The translations under genes were made by a program, and so were the position numbers. From Elusimicrobiota bacterium (lineage in GTDB: Bacteria > Elusimicrobiota > Elusimicrobia > UBA1565 > UBA9628), in assembly GCA_016218575.1 (NCBI GenBank), contig JACRDN010000019.1, positions 332,302 to 396,301 of the forward strand: DNA of 64,000 bases. Direction: 5' to 3'. Of this stretch, positions 9,621 through 19,050 are shown piece by piece (the first letter of the stretch is position 1; each line of letters starts with the position of its first letter). The notes below the pieces were generated by a model. The model ran no database searches. It was not told the DNA's origin and saw only the letters and a list, made by a program, of their open reading frames with translations.

Positions 9621-10648
9621 ATCTTGAGCACGACCTTGCCGAAGTGCTTTTTCTCGGCCAGGTATTCATGGGCCCGCCGAGCCTCTTCCAATGGGAAGAC
9701 GCGGTCAATCACGGGGATGAGCTTCTTCTCCCCCACCAGGCGCGCCACCTCCCGCATCTCGCGCGAATTGCCCATGGTGGAGCCGAGGATCTGGAGCTGG
9801 CGGCCGAAAATATAGCGCAGATCCAAAGTGACGCCGTGTCCGCTCGTGGCCCCGCAGGTGACGAGCCGACCTCCGTTCTTGAGGCTCTTGAGCGCGGCCT
9901 CGAAAACGGCCGGGCCCACGTGCTCGAAGGCGATGTCGGCCCTTCGCCCCTCGGTGAGCCTGATGGTTTCCTTTAGGATGTCTCCCGGCGGCGAGTGGAT
10001 AACGGCCCACGCTCCCAAGGCCTTGGCGCGCGCGAGCTTCTCCTGGGAGGTCGAGACGGCGATTGCCTTAGCGCCGGCGAGCCTCGCTATCTGCACCGCG
10101 GCCACCCCCACTCCGCTTCCCGCTCCGAGCACCAGGACGTATTGGCCGGGGCCGCAGCCGCCCACGGTCATGAGCATGCGCCAGGCCGTGAGAAAGGTGA
10201 GGGGATAGGCCGCGCCTTCTTCAAAGCTGAGGCTCTCGGGCAGGGGCAAAAGGGCCTGCTCGGGGACGCTCAGCAGCTCCGCGTAGCCCCCCGGCCCCGC
10301 TTGCGCGCCGATGATCCCGTACTGGGAGCATAAATTCTCTTCTCCGGCCAGGCAGCGGGGGCATTTAAGGCAGGAGCGCCCAGGGTTTACCGAAACCCTT
10401 TGTCCCACGCGGGCCTCGCGGATTGCCGGCCCCAAGGCGACGATTTCCCCCGAGACGTCGCAGCCGAGAATATGCGGCGGCTTGATTTTGTAAGCCGGGA
10501 TGCCGTCGCGCACCCAAAGGTCCAAATGGTTCAAGGCGCAGGCCCGGACTCTGAGCAGGACTTCTCCCGCGCCCGGCTCGGGGTCGGGAACCTCGGCCGC
10601 CTTTAGGACCTCGGGCCCCCCGAAGCTCTCCAGTACCATGGCTCGCAT
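9617..10648 (-). CDS. Zn-dependent alcohol dehydrogenase / quinone oxidoreductase (MDR superfamily)
   Basis: It has GCDVSGEIVALG, CxxCxxC (CLKCPRCLAGEENLC), a Rossmann motif LVLGAGSGVG and a typical MDR C-terminus. Confidence 0.8.
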   Translation of the reverse strand: MRAMVLESFGGPEVLKAAEVPDPEPGAGEVLLRVRACALNHLDLWVRDGIPAYKIKPPHILGCDVSGEIVALGPAIREARVGQRVSVNPGRSCLKCPRCLAGEENLCSQYGIIGAQAGPGGYAELLSVPEQALLPLPESLSFEEGAAYPLTFLTAWRMLMTVGGCGPGQYVLVLGAGSGVGVAAVQIARLAGAKAIAVSTSQEKLARAKALGAWAVIHSPPGDILKETIRLTEGRRADIAFEHVGPAVFEAALKSLKNGGRLVTCGATSGHGVTLDLRYIFGRQLQILGSTMGNSREMREVARLVGEKKLIPVIDRVFPLEEARRAHEYLAEKKHFGKVVLKI

Positions 10649-10705
10649 GGGGGCAGTATATAAAATTCAGGCAATTCGGTGACTGTCACCAAATTACGAC
10701 GACTA

Positions 10706-11641
10706 CTACTCGCCGAATTTTTCCTTGAGGAGACGCAGGAACTTGTCGCGCTCGGATTCGCCGCCGCTGGGAAGGAAGGAGCCTAATTGCCGGGCCATGA
10801 CGGCCATCTGGGCGCGCAGTTGGGCCGCGGCCGAGGCTTCCTGGATATACTTCCGAAGTTCTTGGGAGCGCTGCTCCAAGGCCTTGAGGAGCTCCGCCCT
10901 CTCGGCTTGCAGGGAAGCGATGACTCGCTCTTGGGAAGAGGAGTGCTCGGCCGGGGACTGGGAGAGCTCTCTGGCTTCGGCCTTGAATTCCTTCAGGACT
11001 GCGGTTTGTTCGGCCATGCGGCTTTCGAGTCGAGAGAGAGTTTGGCCGAGGCCGGCCTTAAATTCTTCAAATTTCCGCGCGAGACTCGCCAGTTCCGATC
11101 CCAGATCCAGCTTGTCCTGGAGGGATCCCCGTTCCTTGGCCAAGGCCATGGCCCCGGCGATCTCGGCCTTGAGCGCGGCCTGCTCCTGCGCCAGAGTGGC
11201 CTGGGCGGCGCTCGCGGCCTGGGATTGGGCCTCCCTCTGGCTCAAGGATTCTTTTATTAAGGAGAGCCAGCTTTGGTGCATCTCGTCCAGGCGACGCTCC
11301 AAAGCGTCCACGCGCCCCCGGGCGTGGGCCTTGGTCTCCTCGCTTTCCCTCTCCAGTTTCTCGCGCCTGAGCTGGTCGGTGAGGGACTTGAGATGGGTTT
11401 CGACCTCTTGGCGTATGGCGTCCTGCTGTTTGAGAAGGTTTTGGGCCGACTGGGCGCGCTCGCGCTCCACCGCCAGCTCCCCCTCCAGGGCCTCCAAGCG
11501 CCTTTCCAGGAAGGACATCATCGGGGTCAAGGGCACGTAGGGAGGCTGGGGCGAGATGAGTTCGGCCGGAGGCGGGAGGGGAGGTTGCGATCGAGGTGGT
11601 GCCGGGATCTGGGGCTCGTCGCTGGGGTTGGACATGGTCAT
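10706..11641 (-). CDS. Proline-rich N-terminus plus long coiled-coil protein (hypothetical)
   Basis: The N-terminus is PQIPAPPRSQPPLPPPAELISPQPPYVPL, followed by about 250 aa of heptad-like, E/R/A/L/Q-rich sequence. Its start overlaps the upstream barrel gene by 4 bp. The antisense ORFs in this region have nonsense composition. Confidence 0.6.
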   Translation of the reverse strand: MTMSNPSDEPQIPAPPRSQPPLPPPAELISPQPPYVPLTPMMSFLERRLEALEGELAVERERAQSAQNLLKQQDAIRQEVETHLKSLTDQLRREKLERESEETKAHARGRVDALERRLDEMHQSWLSLIKESLSQREAQSQAASAAQATLAQEQAALKAEIAGAMALAKERGSLQDKLDLGSELASLARKFEEFKAGLGQTLSRLESRMAEQTAVLKEFKAEARELSQSPAEHSSSQERVIASLQAERAELLKALEQRSQELRKYIQEASAAAQLRAQMAVMARQLGSFLPSGGESERDKFLRLLKEKFGE

Positions 11642-12618
11642 CTCTCGCGGTTGCGCCGGGAGGTCTTCGCCGGCAGATTGAAGCTGATCGAAAATCTGTG
11701 AATCTGGTCTCCCAGGATTCCGAAGGGAGAGAAGGCATAATCGAAGCTCCAGTCCCCCACCGAGACGCCCATGCCCGCGCTGAACGTGGTGGCAAACCCC
11801 AGGCTCTGCATGGTGAGGGTGTTGAGCCCTCCCCGCACGGCGGCCTTGATGTTGCGGTCCACCTCTAGCTTGTATTCCATGCCCAAGGCCGCGTGCGGGG
11901 TATTATTGGCCGGCATGATCCCTTCGAGGGAAAGAGTGAGCGCGTTGTTGGGATGGACGGCCGTTCCCAGGCGCGCCCGGAAGGGCAGGGTGTCTCGTAC
12001 CTGGTCGAATTTCTGGCCCTGGCCCAGGTTCTGGGCCACGAAGGCCACGTCGTAGATGTAGCGGCCGCTGTAGAAGCGGCTCAATATCCCTATGTCCCCG
12101 CCGAAGCCGTCTCCGTGCAGGAGGTAGTCCGAGTGGATCCAGCGCCCGGCCACTCCCATGGAAATGTCCATCTCGCTGTCGGAGAGGTCGTAGATGGCCT
12201 GCCCCCAGCCGCCCTCGATCACGTAGTCGCGGGGATGGAATGTTCCCACGGTCCTGCCTGCTAGATCCGTGTGGTCTATCTCGCCGATGTCTCGGTGGCG
12301 CAGGCCCGCGGCGAGCACCCCGTTGTCGGAGACCCTCTTGGCCACGGCCGCGGATTGGTAGGTGATGTCCTGCACGTAGCGCGAGTACATGAAGGTGGCC
12401 GAGATCCTGGGGATTTTGGCCAGGCCCGCCGGGTTCCAATACAGGGAGTAGGCGTCGTCTGTCACGGCCGAGTAGGCGCCGCCCATGGCGATGCCGCGCG
12501 CGCCCTGGTCGAAGAGGAGGAACTCAGAGCCGGTGGTTCCCACCGCGGCCTTGCTGAAATCCGAGGCGCGCGCCACCGGCGGTAAAGCCATCAGCAGGGC
12601 GAGGGCGGCAGTTCTCAC
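11638..12618 (-). CDS. Outer-membrane beta-barrel, FadL/PorV-like (UPF0164-type)
   Basis: It has a signal peptide, then GARGIAMGGAYSAVTDDAYSLYWNPAGLA, alternating beta-strand periodicity, and a C-terminal RFSISFNL ending in an aromatic/Leu beta-signal. It sits 4 bp-overlapped directly downstream of the CTD-bearing giant gene. Confidence 0.65.
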   Translation of the reverse strand: MRTAALALLMALPPVARASDFSKAAVGTTGSEFLLFDQGARGIAMGGAYSAVTDDAYSLYWNPAGLAKIPRISATFMYSRYVQDITYQSAAVAKRVSDNGVLAAGLRHRDIGEIDHTDLAGRTVGTFHPRDYVIEGGWGQAIYDLSDSEMDISMGVAGRWIHSDYLLHGDGFGGDIGILSRFYSGRYIYDVAFVAQNLGQGQKFDQVRDTLPFRARLGTAVHPNNALTLSLEGIMPANNTPHAALGMEYKLEVDRNIKAAVRGGLNTLTMQSLGFATTFSAGMGVSVGDWSFDYAFSPFGILGDQIHRFSISFNLPAKTSRRNRER

Positions 12619-15600
12619 CGGAGCACCACCACTTTATGGACCTTTTTTTGCCCGTTGAACTCCAAAGTCGCCAAGTACACCCCGCTCGCCGCCGGCCGGC
12701 CGTAGAGATTCACTCCGCCCCAGATCATGAGTCCAGAGCCGTTGGCTTGGCCCTCAAAGACCAATTCCCCCCTCAAAGTGAACACCCGCACCCTGGCCCC
12801 GGCCGGCATCTGCGAGAAGGTGACGTAGCCATGGCCTCGGTTCGGCATGAAGGGGTTCGGGAAAACCCGAGCCTGCTCCACCGAGGTGGAGGGGCTCACC
12901 CGCACCACCTGGAATTGGGAGAAATGGTTGAGCTGGACCGTCATGCGGTGGTTGACGCTGTCCACCACGGTCTGCAGGGGCACGCAGGCTCCGGAGTCAT
13001 CCACCCGCATGAACGTGGCTTCGCCGGCTGGGATGGGCACCGCCGCGAGCTCCGCATCGGCGAAGGAGAAGGTCAGGAAAACCGGGCCGACCGGCTGCAT
13101 CGTGGGCCGTGGGGTGATGGAAAGCCCGATATTGGCCCCGCCGGCTCCGCAGGGAGAGGGCGGGACCGTGAAAGAGGAGACGGTCACGAAGACGTCCGAG
13201 GCAAAGGACTTGGCCGGCACCGTGAGCTTGACGTAGCGGGAGTTGCCGAGGGTTCCTTCGATTATGTTGTTCTGCGTCGTGAGGACCGTGCCACCCAGGG
13301 ACCCGGCCGGGACTCCCCCGTTGAAGGGTGCCGTGGTGACGGTGTTGGAGAAGGCGCTTGCCAGGCCGCTTAAGTTCTGGGCCGCCACGCGTATGGAGAT
13401 CGTCGTGCCGGTCAGGAGGCTCGAGAGGACCAAGGCGGTCTGGTTCGACTGCTTGGAGAAGGCGAGCGGCGTCGAGACGTGCGTCACGAAGTTATCCGTG
13501 GAATAGGTCACCTGGTAGGTGGCCGAGGAGGAGTTGTTGTTGGAGTTCCAGGAAACCGAGATGGAGGATGGCGTGGTCCCCAGGACCGTCAGGCTGGTCG
13601 GGGGATTGGCCAAGGTCGAGGTGGTGCCTAGGACGAGATAGCTGGAGGCCACGCTATCGCCATTAAGCGACCGGACCTTCACGTCGAAGGGCATGGCGGG
13701 AGAGGCCAGGTCGGCGACGCTGGCGGAGAATCCCGTCGTGGTGATGGTGCTCACCACGGCGTCTCCCGAGGAGACGATCATCTCGAAGGTGGTGCCGGCT
13801 GGGTTCTCGTTGGTGTTCCATATGCCCGTAAACGAGCCCGTGGTGACGTTCAGTATGGGCGGGCTTACGGCCAAGGGGATGGCCGACAAGGTGAAGGTGG
13901 TGGCAGAGGCCGATAAGGGCCCCTCCCCGGCCTGGGTCACCGCGCTAACGTACACGGAGCGGACCGAGTTCGTGGAGAGCCCTGTGTCTTGGAAGACGTT
14001 GGTGTTGGGGGTGGCGATCACCGCACCCGTCGTCGAATTATAGACCTTGTAGAAATTGACTCCCCCCGGATCCACCCAGCTCCACTGTATGCTCGTGGTG
14101 GTGAGCCCCGTTCCGGCCAACCCCGCCACGGGGGTCCTGGTTTGTGTGGCGACGACCACGCTGAAGTTGGAGGCGGTGCCGGCGCCGTTGAAGGATCTCA
14201 GGCGCAGATAATAGGTCGTGTTCGACTGCAGTGGAGCAAGAATTACGTTGTCCGTGGTGAGCCCCGAGAGGCTAGGCACCGGGGTCGAGAAGGAGAGCGC
14301 GAAGTTGTCCGTCGAGAGCGACACCTCGTAGATGGTCCCCTGGCTGTTGCCGTTGACGTTCCATGAGAGAAGAAGGCTTGTGGATGTTACCGAGGTCACG
14401 GCCACGCTCACGGGGACGGTCGAAAGCGTGAAGAAGGTGGCCGATGTGGTCAACGGGCCGTCGCCCGTGAGGGTGTAGGCCCCCACCAGGAGCTGGGCCG
14501 TGGCGTTGGGGGCTAGGCCCCGCTGGGTGTAGGTCGGGGTGGCCGCGCCCACGGTCGAGATGAAGACCCCGGTGGTGGCGGAGAAGACCTCGTAGCCGTC
14601 CATCGTGGTCTGGCCTTGGATGTCGGTCCAACTCCAAGTGATGGTCGTGGAGGTGATGGAAACCGTGTTGGCGGTCACGCTGGTCGGGCCCACCGTGGGC
14701 TTGGGGGGGCCGGCTTGGACGAGCACGCTGTCGGAGAATTGGGAGTTGGAGGCGGAGCGCAGGTGGTACCATCCGTAAGGAAGGAAGGTCCCGCCGGGGG
14801 AGGGCAGGGGGCTCTGCGCCGCCGAGGGCATGAGCACCGTCATGGAGGAATCTGTCTTGGTCCAGAGGTTTGGATCGGGGGTCTTGCTGTAGACCCTCGT
14901 GGACAGGTCGAGGGCGAAGCCCCCGGAGCCTTGGGAGCTCGTGCCTCCGGAACCGTCCACCGCCTGCAAAACCGCGCGAGGATGGAAATGGGAGGAGTTC
15001 CCGCTGGCGGGCCCCCCGCTCGAGGCCTCCGTGATTCCCTGGAAATTCCGCCCGCTCAAAGTGACGAAGTCCCCTCGGTTGAAGGGAGAAAGGTCCACCG
15101 CGGTGATGGTGGACTGCCTGGCGCTGGGAGGGGCCCCGAGGCTCGCGGCGTCCGGCGAGCCCGTGAAGTAGAGTCGCTCGGCGCTCGACAAGAAGGCGGC
15201 CCCGCTATAGCCTCCGATGGCGTAAAGATTCCCGTCCTTGGCCAGGCTCGTCGTGTGGTAGCCCCTGGAGGCGGACATGTTCCCGCTCACCTGCCAGGAC
15301 GAGGTCGCCACGTCGAAGGTCTCGCAGCTGTTCAAGGTGTTGCCCAAGGCCTGCGCGCCGCCCGCGATGATGACGTTGCCGTTGGGCAGCAAGGTCGCCG
15401 TGTGGCTGAAGCGCGGCGTGTTCAAGGGCCTCCCCGGGACCAAGGCCCCGGTGTCGGTCCATGTGTTGGCCACGGGATCATATATTAAGGAATAGGCGGT
15501 TTCCCCGAAGCCGTCGTTGCCCCCGGTCAAGAGGACCCGGCCGTCCATGAGCAAGGTGGCTGAGTGGGAATGCGAGCGCTTGGCGCTGCCAGCGCAGGGA

Positions 15601-18299
15601 TCTGCCGCGTTATTGAGGCAGGTGGCCATGGTCCAGGCGCCGGTGACGGGGTTGTAGATCTCATTGCGCGCGAGCACCCCGCTCGCGTTGACCCCTCCGC
15701 TCACCAGGATGCGTCCGTCCTGCAGGAGGGTGGACGTGTGCAGGGCCCGGGCCAGGTTCATGCTGCTGATGGGCCGCCAGGCCCCGGCCGTGGAGTAGTA
15801 GATCTCGGCCTCGTTATGGTAGGTCCCCCCGTTGTAGCCGCCGGTCGCCAGGACGTTCCCATCGGCCATGAGGACCGCCGCATGGTTGTCCCGGGCCGTG
15901 TTCATGGACTGGGTGGGAACCCAGATCCCGGTGGCGGGGTAGTAGATCTCGGCTCCCGCGGTGGCCCCGGTGCTCGTCGCGTTGGTGGTGAAGCCCCCAG
16001 AGACCAGGACCCGGCCGTTGGGGAGCAAGGTGGCCGTGTGAAGATCGCGGACCTCCAGCATCGGCCCGGTTGCGGAGAAGCGCGCGGTCACCGGATCGAA
16101 AAGCTCGGCCGAGCGCAAGACGTTGGGGCCGTTGGACCCGCCCGCCACCAAAATATTTCCATTGGGGAGCATGGTGGTGGTGTGGTTTCCCCTAGAGTTG
16201 GTCATGCCGGCGCTGTTGGCCGTCCAGGCTCCGAGCCTGGGGATGACGCGCGCCGATCCCCGGGGCGAGGAGGAGGTGCAGTCGGTCTGGGAGGTTTGGG
16301 AGTCGGTGCAGCTCAGTCCCCCCAGGAGGGAGATGTCTCCGCTGGGGGTGAGAGTGGCGCTATGCCCGTGCTTCTGGCTGCCGAACCCCTGCACCGTGAA
16401 GCTCCAGGCGTTGCTTTGGGGGTTGAATTTGGTCAGATCGCTGAACATCATGCTGCGTATGACCACCGTGGCGACGTCCACCGTGAAATTGGTTTGGCTT
16501 AGGTTCACGCGGCTGGCCACGAACTTGAGCGTGCCGGAAAGCCCCGTGACCACCCGGCCGGCCACGTTGAAGGGAGTGACCTGGTTCGTGGTCGTGCTCA
16601 CGTCCACCGTACCCCTCAAATTGATGAAGGATGCGTTGAAGGAGAACTCGGCTCCCCCCGCCCCGTCGTCCACCACCGTGGGAGCCCCCGGGATCTGGGT
16701 GAAGCCGTCGGTGAAGGAGAGGGTCGCGATGTTGGTGATGGAGAGGCTGCCCGCGGTGAGGCGCAGGCTGCCGCTGCTGATGGCGGCTCCCAGGAAAATC
16801 TTCGAAATCGGGACGGTCAAGGTCCCGGTCAGTATGCTCGCGGTGAGTATCGTCCCGGGCGAGTTGTCCACGGTCATGGGGGAAGCGGTGAACCCCACCG
16901 TGCTGTTGGCGATCAAGGTGAAATTGTCGGGGCTTACGGTGACGTCTGGGGTGAAATACTGGCCCTGCATCGGAGACAGCGAGACGGTGCGGCTGATCTG
17001 ACCGCAGGTCCCGGCTACAGGATCGCAGAAGACCCTGGTTCCGGCGAGACTCGCGCGCAGGCCCACCGCCGGGTCCGCGGTGCCGGCCCGGAGAATGGCC
17101 TGGCCCGTGACTCCCGAGTAGGTAAAGTTGACGATGGGCGAGGACATAAGGACCTCTCCCTGTTCTATGATCCCGGTGACCGGGACGGAGAGCGGGAAGT
17201 TGAGGTTGACGGCAAGATACCCGCCTGTCACGTTCATGGTGGACAGCACGTTGCCGAAGGAGCCGGTGACCGAGGAGCCGTCCACCAAGGTCGCCGAGGC
17301 GTTGACGAAGGTGGTGGTGATGTTCCCGAGGCCTCCGAACATGGCCAACTGTCCGTCGTTTTGAAGCGTCATGCTGTGGCCGAGGCTGCGCACCAGCATG
17401 GACGGGGCGGGCACCATGGAATCGGACACGGGGTCGTAGAGCTCCGTGGTTTGGAGGATTCCCTTGTTGGCCAGGGAGTCCCTGCCGTTGAAGCCCCCGG
17501 TGATGAGGACCTTGCCGTTGCCCATGAGGTTGGCGGTGTGATAGGCCCTTTGCTGGATGAGGTTCTTTCCGGCCTTGAAAGTCCCGGAAGTGGGATTGTA
17601 TATCTCGGTCGTGACGAGGTAGGGGTAGGTGGCGTTGTTGGGATCCCAGCCGCCGGCGAGGAAAACCCTGCCGTCGGGAAGCAAGGTCGAGGTGTGGAGG
17701 GACCGGGCCGAGGCCAGGGAGCCCGTGGCGGAGAAGGAGCCGAAGGCTCCCCCGCAGGTAAACGAGGGGTTGGTGGGCGCGTTGTAGAGCTCGCAGGAGC
17801 TGTTCATGGCGCCAGAGCCTCTTTGTCCGCCGCAGACCAGGACCTTGCCGGTCTTGAGCAAGGTCGCGGTGTGGTTGAACCTTCCGTTGACCTCGGTCAT
17901 GGCCATGGAGGCGGACCAGCAGTTCTGGGACGGGTCGAAGACCACGGCGTCGGTGCGTACCCCCCCGGAGTTCACGCCGCCGACGATCAGGACCTGGCCC
18001 GTGGGAAGCATGGTCGCGGTGTGGGAGGCCCGGGCGACCGCCATGGCGGTCGCGTCCAAAAAGTCGTTTTGGCGCTCCAGGGAGATCTGGACGCCGGTCA
18101 AGGCCGTGGTGAGGTCGCCCGGGGCCGTCATTCCGCCCACGACGAGGATGTTGCCGTCGGGCAATAAAGTCGAGGTGTGGGCGAATCTAGAGGTAAACGC
18201 GACGGCGCCGGCCCTGGAGGCGCTCAATCCCAATGAAAAGCCCAAGCCGAGGGCCGTCCATAAAAATGCCGAGCGCCAAGTCGTCGGGCGAAGATGCAT
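12615..18299 (-). CDS. Giant secreted/surface protein (1894 aa): two Kelch beta-propellers, Fn3-like repeats and a T9SS-type C-terminal sorting domain
   Basis: It has a signal peptide (MHLRPTTWRSAFLWTALGLGFSLGLSASRAGA). There are at least 12 Kelch blades with the recurring HTxTLLPxGxVLVxGG pattern, in two clusters. At least five Fn3-like repeats follow (TSLLLSWNVNG...YEV, IQWSWVDPGGVNFYKVY, ISVSWNSNNN...YQVTY). The C-terminus VFPNPF...GVYLATLEFNGQKKVHKVVVLR matches the Por-secretion-tail / CTD type-A pattern. Confidence 0.85.
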   Translation of the reverse strand: MHLRPTTWRSAFLWTALGLGFSLGLSASRAGAVAFTSRFAHTSTLLPDGNILVVGGMTAPGDLTTALTGVQISLERQNDFLDATAMAVARASHTATMLPTGQVLIVGGVNSGGVRTDAVVFDPSQNCWSASMAMTEVNGRFNHTATLLKTGKVLVCGGQRGSGAMNSSCELYNAPTNPSFTCGGAFGSFSATGSLASARSLHTSTLLPDGRVFLAGGWDPNNATYPYLVTTEIYNPTSGTFKAGKNLIQQRAYHTANLMGNGKVLITGGFNGRDSLANKGILQTTELYDPVSDSMVPAPSMLVRSLGHSMTLQNDGQLAMFGGLGNITTTFVNASATLVDGSSVTGSFGNVLSTMNVTGGYLAVNLNFPLSVPVTGIIEQGEVLMSSPIVNFTYSGVTGQAILRAGTADPAVGLRASLAGTRVFCDPVAGTCGQISRTVSLSPMQGQYFTPDVTVSPDNFTLIANSTVGFTASPMTVDNSPGTILTASILTGTLTVPISKIFLGAAISSGSLRLTAGSLSITNIATLSFTDGFTQIPGAPTVVDDGAGGAEFSFNASFINLRGTVDVSTTTNQVTPFNVAGRVVTGLSGTLKFVASRVNLSQTNFTVDVATVVIRSMMFSDLTKFNPQSNAWSFTVQGFGSQKHGHSATLTPSGDISLLGGLSCTDSQTSQTDCTSSSPRGSARVIPRLGAWTANSAGMTNSRGNHTTTMLPNGNILVAGGSNGPNVLRSAELFDPVTARFSATGPMLEVRDLHTATLLPNGRVLVSGGFTTNATSTGATAGAEIYYPATGIWVPTQSMNTARDNHAAVLMADGNVLATGGYNGGTYHNEAEIYYSTAGAWRPISSMNLARALHTSTLLQDGRILVSGGVNASGVLARNEIYNPVTGAWTMATCLNNAADPCAGSAKRSHSHSATLLMDGRVLLTGGNDGFGETAYSLIYDPVANTWTDTGALVPGRPLNTPRFSHTATLLPNGNVIIAGGAQALGNTLNSCETFDVATSSWQVSGNMSASRGYHTTSLAKDGNLYAIGGYSGAAFLSSAERLYFTGSPDAASLGAPPSARQSTITAVDLSPFNRGDFVTLSGRNFQGITEASSGGPASGNSSHFHPRAVLQAVDGSGGTSSQGSGGFALDLSTRVYSKTPDPNLWTKTDSSMTVLMPSAAQSPLPSPGGTFLPYGWYHLRSASNSQFSDSVLVQAGPPKPTVGPTSVTANTVSITSTTITWSWTDIQGQTTMDGYEVFSATTGVFISTVGAATPTYTQRGLAPNATAQLLVGAYTLTGDGPLTTSATFFTLSTVPVSVAVTSVTSTSLLLSWNVNGNSQGTIYEVSLSTDNFALSFSTPVPSLSGLTTDNVILAPLQSNTTYYLRLRSFNGAGTASNFSVVVATQTRTPVAGLAGTGLTTTSIQWSWVDPGGVNFYKVYNSTTGAVIATPNTNVFQDTGLSTNSVRSVYVSAVTQAGEGPLSASATTFTLSAIPLAVSPPILNVTTGSFTGIWNTNENPAGTTFEMIVSSGDAVVSTITTTGFSASVADLASPAMPFDVKVRSLNGDSVASSYLVLGTTSTLANPPTSLTVLGTTPSSISVSWNSNNNSSSATYQVTYSTDNFVTHVSTPLAFSKQSNQTALVLSSLLTGTTISIRVAAQNLSGLASAFSNTVTTAPFNGGVPAGSLGGTVLTTQNNIIEGTLGNSRYVKLTVPAKSFASDVFVTVSSFTVPPSPCGAGGANIGLSITPRPTMQPVGPVFLTFSFADAELAAVPIPAGEATFMRVDDSGACVPLQTVVDSVNHRMTVQLNHFSQFQVVRVSPSTSVEQARVFPNPFMPNRGHGYVTFSQMPAGARVRVFTLRGELVFEGQANGSGLMIWGGVNLYGRPAASGVYLATLEFNGQKKVHKVVVLR

Positions 18300-18366
18300 A
18301 GTCGGGCTTGAGGCGCAGGGTAACAGAGGGTTGTTACAAAATCAATAACTGGCGGAAGGGTTAATT

Positions 18367-19038
18367 TTACTGCGCGACGGTCACGGCCGAGGCGTTGCGC
18401 TCGGTGCGGGCGTTTTCGGGATCGAGGGTCTTGATGCCGTCCACGAGATAGAGGTAGCGGTAGGTGGCGGGAGTCAAATAGAGGGTCAGGGTCCACATCC
18501 CGTCGCTTTCCTGGGTCATGGCCTTGCGGCCGCCGCGAATGAAGCCTCCCCAGAGCTCCACGTTCTTGGCTCCGGGAGCCTTGATCTGGAATTTGACGGC
18601 CTTGGCCTTGACCTTGGCCGATGGCTGGGGCGCAGCCAGTGCTGCTGCTGGGATGGGAGCGACTGCCCCGGCTGGAGTGGTCGCTTTGGCCGCCTCCTGG
18701 AGCTTGGGCGCCTCGCGGGGCTTGGGCGCTTCCTGCACGAAAGCGGGATTGTTGGCGGGCTTGGCCGGGGCTGCCTGCGTGGGCTCCGCGGGCTTTGCCG
18801 CGGGCGGGGCGGGCTCTTCAGCGAGCTTGGGCGCCGGCGGGGCCGGCTTGGCCCTATGGACCTGTACTGGAGGCGGCGGGAGTTGGGGAGGAGACTGCCA
18901 ATGCTGGTAGAGCTTGGCCGCCAGGGCTCCGCCGAATATGATGACAAGAAAAGCGTCCAGGACCAAAAGCACGGCCCACAGCTTTTGATTGCGGGACGAA
19001 TCTCCTTCGCTTTCGCCTGCGCCGAGGCCCGATGTCAT
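18367..19038 (-). CDS. Membrane-anchored Pro/Ala-rich protein with a C-terminal CBM48/AMPK-beta-like (E-set) domain
   Basis: It has a single TM (LWAVLLVLDAFLVIIFGGALAA), a (P/A/K)-rich linker, and a C-terminal KFQIKAPGAKNVELWGGF...DGMWTLTLYL...YRYLYLVDG that resembles a glycogen-binding/isoamylase N-terminal beta-sandwich. Confidence 0.55.
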   Translation of the reverse strand: MTSGLGAGESEGDSSRNQKLWAVLLVLDAFLVIIFGGALAAKLYQHWQSPPQLPPPPVQVHRAKPAPPAPKLAEEPAPPAAKPAEPTQAAPAKPANNPAFVQEAPKPREAPKLQEAAKATTPAGAVAPIPAAALAAPQPSAKVKAKAVKFQIKAPGAKNVELWGGFIRGGRKAMTQESDGMWTLTLYLTPATYRYLYLVDGIKTLDPENARTERNASAVTVAQ

Positions 19039-19050
19039 CTGGCAATGATT

